Part shown: one piece after another, positions 26,780-34,315 of the stretch | How the letters are laid out: each line of letters opens with the position of its first letter | Position numbering within the stretch: the stretch's first letter is position 1 | Sequence record: LT603033.1 | Length of the DNA stretch: 64,000 bases | Direction: 5' to 3' (one strand) | Position numbers and translations under genes: made by a program | The notes under the pieces: model-generated | What the model was told of the DNA's origin: nothing | Database searches by the model: none | Seen by the model: the letters and a program-made list of their open reading frames with translations, nothing else

Positions 26780-26872
26780 ATGCAAATGAATCCGATGATT
26801 ATTGTTTTAGCTGTACTTATGATCATTCATGCAATAGTAGAAGTATTAACGCAATCAGGAGTAATAAAATGA
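26780..26872 (+). CDS. small membrane peptide (30 aa)
   Basis: AAGGAG RBS; hydrophobic core. Confidence 0.45.
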   Translation: MQMNPMIIVLAVLMIIHAIVEVLTQSGVIK

Positions 26873-27042
26873 TTCAAGTAGAATTATCAGTACTAAAAGA
26901 TCTGTTTTATCGGATTGGTACTACTGGCGAATATCCGAAGGGTGATAATGCAAAACTTTACGTATCACTCGACTTATGGCAACGCGAACAATTAGCAACG
27001 GCCTGGCGTAAAGGCAAAGCAGATAGCGAGGTGAAAGCATGA
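26869..27042 (+). CDS. small hypothetical protein (57 aa)
   Basis: AGGAG RBS, ATGA overlap. Confidence 0.6.
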   Translation: MIQVELSVLKDLFYRIGTTGEYPKGDNAKLYVSLDLWQREQLATAWRKGKADSEVKA

Positions 27043-27188
27043 AAGAATTCTTATTTGAAGTAGTGTTTCAAGGTGTCGGTAATAACCAACTGATTCGCTC
27101 AAGTGGTTACAATGTTAACCAGGCATGGAATAACATTAAACAAATGTACCCGAACGCTATCACATATCGCAACCCGAAAGAAGTTTAA
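27039..27188 (+). CDS. small hypothetical protein (49 aa)
   Basis: GAGG RBS, ATGA overlap. Confidence 0.55.
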   Translation: MKEFLFEVVFQGVGNNQLIRSSGYNVNQAWNNIKQMYPNAITYRNPKEV

Positions 27189-27240
27189 AAATAATTGAAA
27201 AAGGGATTGACTCCGGTCAGTCCCTTTGCTATTATATACG

Positions 27241-27285
27241 CATAGAAACAAATCAGCCCACCGGGTGCATAAATGTATCTATTAT
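27241..27285 (+). ncRNA. candidate R1 element
   Basis: Composite hairpin/promoter AAAGGGATTGAC-TCCG-GTCAGTCCCTTT; AGCCCACCGGGTGC at 27255-27268. Confidence 0.5.
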
Positions 27286-27360
27286 ATGCTGGTGGCTAGT
27301 ACTGAAAACTATTTTTAAAAAGTACTTGCATTGTACTTAGAATCAAGTATAATGTTTTAC

Positions 27361-27433
27361 ATCAGGACGGGGAACGAAACAAGTAACCCCGTTAAGTAGT
27401 CCAGGAGTAAGACATAAGAAAACCTCCCCTGAT
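27361..27433 (+). ncRNA. candidate R2 structured RNA
   Basis: ATCAGG/CCTGAT, ACGGGG/CCCCGT and GGAG/CTCC stems; paralog of 17966-18040. Confidence 0.55.
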
Positions 27434-27502
27434 AAAATAGTTTGACAATAGAAAGTAAACGAGTATAATACTTACATCAACCACTGATAAGGAAACATAA
27501 AA

Positions 27503-27778
27503 ATGCGGATTCTACTGACAGCTAACGAAATCGAACAAGTACTGACTACTAACCTGGAAGACTGGAAACGTGAAGCAGATATCCAGGCGGTTCAACGGCT
27601 TAACGATGAGTTAACGCCGGATGACTTAAGCAAGATTGTAGATCCTCAATTCTACGAAGATATCCACGACACCGCGTTAAGCGTCGAGGATGTACTAGAT
27701 AAGCACTACATTGATATTGATTTGCAGGTTTACGGTCGTAAAAACTTTATCACTATTCACGACATTTACAATAATTAA
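27503..27778 (+). CDS. acidic hypothetical early protein
   Basis: AAGGA RBS; D/E-rich. Confidence 0.75.
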   Translation: MRILLTANEIEQVLTTNLEDWKREADIQAVQRLNDELTPDDLSKIVDPQFYEDIHDTALSVEDVLDKHYIDIDLQVYGRKNFITIHDIYNN

Positions 27779-27865
27779 GTATTGACAAAGTATCTTAGTA
27801 CTGTATAATAGTTTACATCAAGCGAGGGGAATGGTTCCCCTCCTAACTAAAAGAGAGAAATAAAA

Positions 27866-28048
27866 ATGGCTAAGTGCACTATCTGCAAGAAAGAAATAGT
27901 ATTAGTTCCAAGTGCCCGTGAACGTGCCGCTCGGTTCGGTGGCAAAGCGTCAGACTATACAAAAATGTTTACTACCCATACAGCTTGCCAGGTAGCAAAA
28001 CGTTCACAAGAAAGCGTAGAATTAATGCGTAAACTTTCCAAAAAATAA
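27866..28048 (+). CDS. small Cys/His (putative Zn-binding) protein
   Basis: CTIC...HTAC; promoter at 27782-27809. Confidence 0.7.
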   Translation: MAKCTICKKEIVLVPSARERAARFGGKASDYTKMFTTHTACQVAKRSQESVELMRKLSKK

Positions 28049-28136
28049 GTATTGACAAAGTATCTTAGTACTGTATAATAGTTTACATCAAGTGAGGGGA
28101 AACGGTTCCCCTCCTAACAAAGAGAGAGAAATAAAA

Positions 28137-28460
28137 ATGGCTATGATCCTTGCCCAGAAAGTGGAACTGAAAATTGTAACCTCCTTTGACATTAATGTTA
28201 ATCGGTGGACTGATTCACACGGCAATACTTACCACTCTTGCTACGTGTCTGCGTTAATTGGCGACCGCTGGGAAGACCTGGGACACGAAACCTTTACATA
28301 CGGTTACGGTACACAAGGCGAATACACGGGCTTGGAGATCATTAAAGAAACCGTTATAGGTTTCAACCCGAAAGAAAAAGTTATTCACCGCATCGAGGAA
28401 GAGATCAACAAAGAAATAACAGTTCGCTACCACGATGTAAAACGTAAGAAAGACATGTAA
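28137..28460 (+). CDS. hypothetical early protein, paralog of 21703-22026
   Basis: RWTDSHGNTYHSC, FTYGYG. Confidence 0.8.
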   Translation: MAMILAQKVELKIVTSFDINVNRWTDSHGNTYHSCYVSALIGDRWEDLGHETFTYGYGTQGEYTGLEIIKETVIGFNPKEKVIHRIEEEINKEITVRYHDVKRKKDM

Positions 28461-28555
28461 TAGAATCCATTTAAAGTACTATTTGACATTGCCCAGATAG
28501 TACTTTATAATAGACTCTAACTTGTAGTACTAACTCAACTAATAGGATGTATACC

Positions 28556-28951
28556 ATGATTACTAAATTCTACGCTACCCGTGAAGCTGCCCGTATTGTT
28601 GCACGCGAGGAAGGAGCAGCATTTAAAGACATGGGCAAAGATGCACCGAAAGGTCAACGCTGGGCCGTACAGTTCAAAGAAATCTCTGATATCGTGAATT
28701 CACCGGAGCCAGTACTAACAGCAGCAGAACTAAAACGAGCGGATTTACTGGCGGCAGTACTTAACGCACAAGATGAATTTATCGCTGATTCTGATATCAA
28801 AGTACAGACAAACCATACCGCTTGGACTCACGCGGATCACCTGGCAAACCTTAAGCGTCCAAGTGAACTGGTTCGCAACCAGAAAGAGATCCGACACGAC
28901 CGTAAGGGTAATCGTGTAACAGTATACAGTAAACGCCGCCAGGTTATCTAA
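28556..28951 (+). CDS. hypothetical early protein, paralog of 17099-17365
   Basis: KFYATREAAR...FKDMG...DRKGNRVTVY; terminator GGCGGGA-TCAGT-TCCCGCC-T6 follows. Confidence 0.8.
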   Translation: MITKFYATREAARIVAREEGAAFKDMGKDAPKGQRWAVQFKEISDIVNSPEPVLTAAELKRADLLAAVLNAQDEFIADSDIKVQTNHTAWTHADHLANLKRPSELVRNQKEIRHDRKGNRVTVYSKRRQVI

Positions 28952-29013
28952 TAACTTGCAGTACTAACAACACGGCGGGATCAGTTCCCGCCTTTTTTAT
29001 AGGATAAACTAAA

Positions 29014-29268
29014 ATGATTAAGGTACAACTATCTAAAGATAATATCTTGCGGGTACACTATAAAGCACCACAGAGAATCATCACAAAGGCCGTACAGCTT
29101 GCTAATGAGTTTATTAATGGTAACCTATTACCAAGGAAGTTAAGCAACGGAAAACTGCGTGTAATCGATGTAGATACTAACAACAGAATAGTAATTGAGA
29201 ACACAGGAAAGATAAACCTATATGAACACCAACAATATAATAAGAAAATAAAACTAATATCACGTTGA
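29014..29268 (+). CDS. basic protein resembling RelE/ParE-fold phage proteins
   Basis: PRKL...VIDV...RIV...LYEHQQYNK pattern; recalled resemblance only. Confidence 0.5.
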   Translation: MIKVQLSKDNILRVHYKAPQRIITKAVQLANEFINGNLLPRKLSNGKLRVIDVDTNNRIVIENTGKINLYEHQQYNKKIKLISR

Positions 29269-29321
29269 CAGTACTCAATTGTTTTAGTATTATGTACACA
29301 TACCAACACGGGAGAAACAAA

Positions 29322-29540
29322 ATGAAATTATCTAAAATCGAAAAGAAAACTATTGATGAAGCAGTTAAGCACGGTTATACCTTTCGTAATGATTCACATT
29401 TTACCAATTTTCAACAAGGCCAAAGGACTATTAAAAAACTAATTGACAAAGGTTTATTAGTTAAAGTAGATAACGGTAACGGCATTGAGTATCAGCCAAC
29501 CCAAGACACATTATCTTTAAAGAAATATGCAATTATCTAA
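29322..29540 (+). CDS. hypothetical protein (possible winged helix)
   Basis: GGAG RBS; TIKKLIDKGLL. Confidence 0.7.
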   Translation: MKLSKIEKKTIDEAVKHGYTFRNDSHFTNFQQGQRTIKKLIDKGLLVKVDNGNGIEYQPTQDTLSLKKYAII

Positions 29541-29597
29541 TTGACAGTACTCAAATGTTTTAGTACTATATGTACATACCAACACGGGGAAAACAAA

Positions 29598-29840
29598 ATG
29601 ATTACTTTAGAAAAACGTATCAAAGAAACTACATCGCTGGTGGAACTGTTAACAGTACTGAAATGCCGTACTACTCGGTTTAGTACACCGGACTTTATTA
29701 ATATGGTTGATGTTAACGGTCGTTATCGCATTGCAGTAGAACAAGGAACAGCGAAAGTATTCAGTACTAAAAACACTAAGGAAGTGATTCACGCTGTAAG
29801 TGTTAAAAAAGTAGTTGCCATTGATAGTAAAGTACTGTAA
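29598..29840 (+). CDS. hypothetical early protein
   Basis: Upstream region duplicates that of 29322. Confidence 0.7.
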   Translation: MITLEKRIKETTSLVELLTVLKCRTTRFSTPDFINMVDVNGRYRIAVEQGTAKVFSTKNTKEVIHAVSVKKVVAIDSKVL

Positions 29841-29871
29841 GATAGTTTCATTAACTCAAGGAGAACATGCA

Positions 29872-30456
29872 ATGCGTAATTATACTAAATTCATCCGTAC
29901 ACTGTCAGAAATGGAAACCAACAAAGAGATCCTTTCAGCTTGTCGGTTAGCTGGTCTGGAGATCATCGGTGCGGGTTCTTCCCGTATTGTATTCGCTTTA
30001 AATGATCGGTTAGTGATCAAGGTCGCGAATTGTGATGCGGGTGTAGAACAAAATGAAACTGAATGTAAGGTATGGAATTTTTTAGATTATGACCGCCCTC
30101 AATTGAAACAGTACTTTGCAAAGGTGCATATGCATTTATGCGATCCTGATAATATGTTTATCGTTATGGATCGGTTGAGTACTGCAAGTAAAGGCAGTGT
30201 GAAGCACGTTAACGCGTGCAACGAATTAAAGTACAATATTAAACGTAATGCCATTGAACGCCAGCACCGCTTTGCTGATGCACTACAACACGTCGATGAT
30301 ACATTATCAACACTAACGATAAGAGATATCAGAAAACAGAATATCGGCCAGGATCGTAATGGCCTTATTAAAGTACTTGATTACGGTTTAACCCGCAATA
30401 TCTGGAATCAGTACTATAAAAAGCGTGATGTAAAAGCCGTAACTATAACACGATAA
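29872..30456 (+). CDS. protein kinase-like protein (Ser/Thr type)
   Basis: Ordered motifs: IGAGSSRIVF (Gly loop), VIK, QNETE (alphaC Glu), RDIRKQN (catalytic D...N), DYG; AAGGAG RBS. Confidence 0.8.
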   Translation: MRNYTKFIRTLSEMETNKEILSACRLAGLEIIGAGSSRIVFALNDRLVIKVANCDAGVEQNETECKVWNFLDYDRPQLKQYFAKVHMHLCDPDNMFIVMDRLSTASKGSVKHVNACNELKYNIKRNAIERQHRFADALQHVDDTLSTLTIRDIRKQNIGQDRNGLIKVLDYGLTRNIWNQYYKKRDVKAVTITR

Positions 30457-30508
30457 AAAAGATTAAAAAAGGGATTGACTCCGGTCAGTCCCTTTGCTAA
30501 TATATATT

Positions 30509-30557
30509 CATTGAGAGATAACTCACTGACCCACAGGGTGCATAAGTGTATCTATTA
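30509..30557 (+). ncRNA. candidate R1 element
   Basis: Composite hairpin/promoter at about 30468; TGAG-AGATAA-CTCA; GACCCACAGGGTGC at 30528-30541. Confidence 0.5.
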
Positions 30558-30687
30558 TATAAGTATTCAGTACTGAAAACTATTTTAAAGTATTTGATAA
30601 AAAGTACTTGCATTGTACTTAGAATCAAGTATAATGTTTTATATCGAGAGGGGGAAATGGTTCTCCCTGGCAATAAGGAATAAAATC

Positions 30688-30909
30688 ATGACTACAATGA
30701 CTTGCATTTACGCTTCCAATCTTCTGAATGATGCGGCCTTTAATGTTGATTCAGAATATCAATGTTATCGGGATGAAAATAAAAAAGTTTTTGTAGTTGA
30801 TAATAATGGTTTCCATATTGAATTACAATCCGGTTTCACTGGTGTTGATGGTAAATCAGTATGGGGCGTACAGGATGATAAAGGCACATATCATTTTAAA
30901 CGTAATTAA
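30688..30909 (+). CDS. hypothetical early protein
   Basis: Promoter TTGCAT-16-TATAAT at 30608-30635; start trimmed. Confidence 0.75.
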   Translation: MTTMTCIYASNLLNDAAFNVDSEYQCYRDENKKVFVVDNNGFHIELQSGFTGVDGKSVWGVQDDKGTYHFKRN

Positions 30910-30993
30910 GTATTGACAAAGTATCTTAGTACTGTATAATAGTTTACATCAAGGGGAGAATAGTTCTCCCCGATACTAAAAGGAAACAAAATT

Positions 30994-31266
30994 ATGTCCA
31001 GCTACTCCGCTACTATGATCATTAAAGATATGAACGGTAATCCTACTTCTGCTGGTGGATCATTTGGAAACATTAACTTAGATGGTCGGTTATCAATTGA
31101 ATCAGCCATCAATGCAGCGAAAGAAGTTTTTAAGAATGAATGTACTGTTAGTAAGCTGGATTATATGGGATTCGCTATCGAGAAAACTACTCGTTTTGTG
31201 AACTACAAAAATCCACTGATGATTGATACTAACCTGAAAGCTAACGAAGTGGGGTACTTATTATGA
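30994..31266 (+). CDS. hypothetical early protein
   Basis: Own promoter, hairpin, AGGA RBS. Confidence 0.75.
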   Translation: MSSYSATMIIKDMNGNPTSAGGSFGNINLDGRLSIESAINAAKEVFKNECTVSKLDYMGFAIEKTTRFVNYKNPLMIDTNLKANEVGYLL

Positions 31267-31454
31267 CAGTTGAAGAAGTTAAAAAAGTACTGGCAGTACT
31301 ACGCTATCATAACCATTGCAAGGTTAAGAATGATCCTGATTATGTTGATTCATCCCTGGAGGAAGACACATTAAACGCAATAAGCCATATGCAAACATTA
31401 GCAAAGCGTATGACCGAAAAGAATAGACCGGACTATATCGGAAATAAAATTTAA
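31263..31454 (+). CDS. hypothetical protein
   Basis: ATGA overlap. Confidence 0.7.
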   Translation: MTVEEVKKVLAVLRYHNHCKVKNDPDYVDSSLEEDTLNAISHMQTLAKRMTEKNRPDYIGNKI

Positions 31455-31540
31455 AAAGTACTTGCATTGTAGTTAGATTAACGTATAATGTTTTACATAG
31501 AGCGGGGGAATAGTTCTCCCGCCAGTCCGGGAGATACACC

Positions 31541-31807
31541 ATGAACACTATCGAAATCACTATCAATGCACACGTATACGACAACGTAGTACTGCAAACT
31601 ACTATGACCGCTAATGATACCAGTACTTTGCGGAATACCGTTGTAAGTGCTGTATGTGCTGCAATCGGTGATGTAGCCCTGGAAAATGCAGAACACATCA
31701 ACAACGGTTTCACTATGTGCAAACGTGATAACGCAAAACATATCATCTTAGAAGGTTACGGCGGTGTAGAATATAATCTTTATATGAAAAAAGTACTTGC
31801 AAAGTAA
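31541..31807 (+). CDS. hypothetical early protein
   Basis: Promoter at 31462-31489, GGAG RBS. Confidence 0.75.
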   Translation: MNTIEITINAHVYDNVVLQTTMTANDTSTLRNTVVSAVCAAIGDVALENAEHINNGFTMCKRDNAKHIILEGYGGVEYNLYMKKVLAK

Positions 31808-31872
31808 CTAAAACAAAGTATAATGTTTTGCATAGGGGGAGATATCCTCCCCCACTAATAAGGAGTACTAAA

Positions 31873-32097
31873 ATGGCTAACTTTGATGAACTGATGCGGG
31901 AAGTAGCTAACCTGGCAGAAGAGAAGAAATCATTCGATTCTATCTATAACACCGCTTACAGTGATTCAGTACTGGCATGTACTCAGGATCAAAAAGATGA
32001 ACTAATCGCCACATATCATGAAGCATGGAAGTACTACCGCCAATGGGAGAAAGAAGAAAGCGAGTCTACCATCAACGGCATCAATAATCTAATCTAA
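31873..32097 (+). CDS. hypothetical early protein
   Basis: Promoter at 31797-31824, AAGGAG RBS. Confidence 0.75.
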   Translation: MANFDELMREVANLAEEKKSFDSIYNTAYSDSVLACTQDQKDELIATYHEAWKYYRQWEKEESESTINGINNLI

Positions 32098-32172
32098 AGT
32101 TTTATTTCAGTACTATTGACATAGCTTGATAGTACTGATATGATAACTTTACTAACTACAAGGGGAAACATC

Positions 32173-32430
32173 ATGGAACAATTCACACAATATCGGGTAA
32201 ATCCTCAAGCTATGGCCTACGTAGAAGACCATAAAACGTTACCAGTACTGCAACCAGTTAAAGGCCATATCTATCGTGCGATGGCGTGGAGTACTGCCCA
32301 GGATGGCTATAAAACCGTTGCCGTTGGTATGTACTGCGGTAATGGTGAATGGTTTGATCCAAATAATCCGGTAGCAATTGACAGTACTGAAAAAATGAAA
32401 TGGGCCGACTACATCGAAGATATTTCATAA
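32173..32430 (+). CDS. hypothetical early protein
   Basis: Start trimmed to MEQFTQY. Confidence 0.75.
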   Translation: MEQFTQYRVNPQAMAYVEDHKTLPVLQPVKGHIYRAMAWSTAQDGYKTVAVGMYCGNGEWFDPNNPVAIDSTEKMKWADYIEDIS

Positions 32431-32520
32431 AAACTATTTGACAGTACTAACCAGTAATGTATAATGTTTTACATAGAGCGGGGGAATAGTTCTCCCGCCA
32501 ATAGTTTGGAGTAAAACATT

Positions 32521-32721
32521 ATGTCTATCGCTCTCGCCCTGGTTGAAGTACTGAAAGAAGCTAAAGCCAACCTTATCGATGTACAGATTAAGGAATTGCA
32601 AAATGGTTTAATCGGCTGTACTTGTACCGCTGGTGGAGCGGCAGACTATCGAGAACACGAATCACTAGAATCGTTGGTCCGGTATCTTACAATCATCGTA
32701 GAAGATTGGAGAATCATCTAA
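32521..32721 (+). CDS. hypothetical early protein
   Basis: Promoter at 32438-32465, GGAG RBS. Confidence 0.75.
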   Translation: MSIALALVEVLKEAKANLIDVQIKELQNGLIGCTCTAGGAADYREHESLESLVRYLTIIVEDWRII

Positions 32722-32776
32722 CAAAAAAGAATAAAAAAGGGATTGACTCCGGTCAGTCCCTTTGCTATTATATACG

Positions 32777-32820
32777 CATAGACAAAAACTAGCCCACAGG
32801 GTGCATAGGTGTATCTAAAA
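32777..32820 (+). ncRNA. candidate R1 element
   Basis: Composite hairpin/promoter at about 32738; AGCCCACAGGGTGC at 32791-32804. Confidence 0.5.
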
Positions 32821-32964
32821 TATATAGTTAATAACGGTGAGTAACTATCTGCTGGTGGAGTGAAAACTATTAATAAAAAGTATTGACAAAGTATATCAGT
32901 ACTGCAATAATGTATCTCGTAGGGCGGCAATGGTGCGACGGTCCACAAAGTTAGGAGATTCAAA

Positions 32965-33297
32965 ATGAGTACTTCAATCGCTATCGTTAAAGCTTTCATC
33001 CGTACCAATGTTTCATCTGTATTCATCGACGGTCTGGATCGGGAAGTAGAATACTCAATCATTATCGCACAGACTGCAAACGGTGCTCGGTATATCCTTA
33101 ATGATAGTGAAGCAAATCACTACTACTTCACTAAAGCTACTGGCTTTAAACGCATCGATGCTGACGTAGTATACGCTAAGATGAATAAGCTGGTAGACAA
33201 GATTAACGCGAAAGGTACTATCGATTTACAGTACTGGACCGAAACCGATCCAGAATATGGATCTCACCGCTACCTGAATCCAGGTATTAAAATGTAA
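32965..33297 (+). CDS. hypothetical early protein
   Basis: AGGAG RBS; YWTETDPEYGS motif. Confidence 0.75.
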   Translation: MSTSIAIVKAFIRTNVSSVFIDGLDREVEYSIIIAQTANGARYILNDSEANHYYFTKATGFKRIDADVVYAKMNKLVDKINAKGTIDLQYWTETDPEYGSHRYLNPGIKM

Positions 33298-33386
33298 AAA
33301 GTACTTGCATAGTACTTAGAATCAAGTATAATGTTTTACATAGAGAGGGGGAAATGGTTCTCCCTCCTAAATTAAGGAGTTTTATC

Positions 33387-33788
33387 ATGACCTTCTCAAT
33401 CAATTCCTTCGCTGACGTTTTAGTACTGGCTCGGACTTTTGGTAAAGATGCACTGGAGTACGCTGTAAGTAATGGTACTATCCAACCGGAACAGTGCCGC
33501 ATCATTGGAAACTGCAAACGTTGGGCGGTATCCAATACTATTGCACTGGAAAACTTCCACGATGGCAACAATGAATATTCTGTTGATGTAGTATTCGAAG
33601 CCGTTGATCTCGGCGGTATCTATAATACTAACCTGAATGATGTGCGTATCGTTCGCACGGGGTTCGGTGCTTATGATGTATCTATTCGTGAAGCTATGAA
33701 CACCGGATACATTAGCAAGGACTTACTTGCTCACATCATGCAGCTGTGTACGGAACGTAACGAAGCACGCACTATCTTAGGACTGTAA
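33387..33788 (+). CDS. hypothetical early protein
   Basis: Promoter at 33305-33332, AAGGAG RBS. Confidence 0.75.
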   Translation: MTFSINSFADVLVLARTFGKDALEYAVSNGTIQPEQCRIIGNCKRWAVSNTIALENFHDGNNEYSVDVVFEAVDLGGIYNTNLNDVRIVRTGFGAYDVSIREAMNTGYISKDLLAHIMQLCTERNEARTILGL

Positions 33789-33856
33789 GCGTTACACATC
33801 ACCAAACATCATAGGCCGCCTTGTAGCGGCCTTAACTATATCAGGAGGGCATACAT

Positions 33857-34066
33857 ATGTTCTATACAGTATACAGCGTTCTAGGTACTATTGCAGGCGT
33901 ACATGATAACGTCAATGATGCTATGCGTACAGTACTGCAACAGGTTCCACTAAAGCCTAAGACCATTAAGCAGATGACAGCACGACTAACCAGGGCGACC
34001 GATGGCGTGGAAGTATGGCAGGACTACGGGGATACACAGATAATCGTTAGCGTAACGAAGGATTAA
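33857..34066 (+). CDS. hypothetical protein
   Basis: AGGAGG RBS. Confidence 0.7.
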   Translation: MFYTVYSVLGTIAGVHDNVNDAMRTVLQQVPLKPKTIKQMTARLTRATDGVEVWQDYGDTQIIVSVTKD

Positions 34067-34257
34067 TGCGTAAAGGGATCTAGTACTGATTCAGAAAAAA
34101 GTCAAGGCGTTTTTAAAATTATGCGTTAAAAAAATGCATAGGTAATCCCTTGACTTTTTTGAAATAAAAGGGATTGGACTATGGCAAAATGCGTAGGGGG
34201 CTAAAGGGCGGGTAACCTTAGCGACTTCGATAAAGGGGTATTACGAATAAAATGTTA

Positions 34258-34285
34258 TTGACTTTTTATATGAATCGTATAAAAT
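34258..34285 (+). promoter_or_regulatory. sigma70 promoter for the family B operon
   Basis: TTGACT-16-TAAAAT. Confidence 0.6.
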
Positions 34286-34315
34286 ATGATTGATATTAAT
34301 TTTAAGGGAGTCCCT

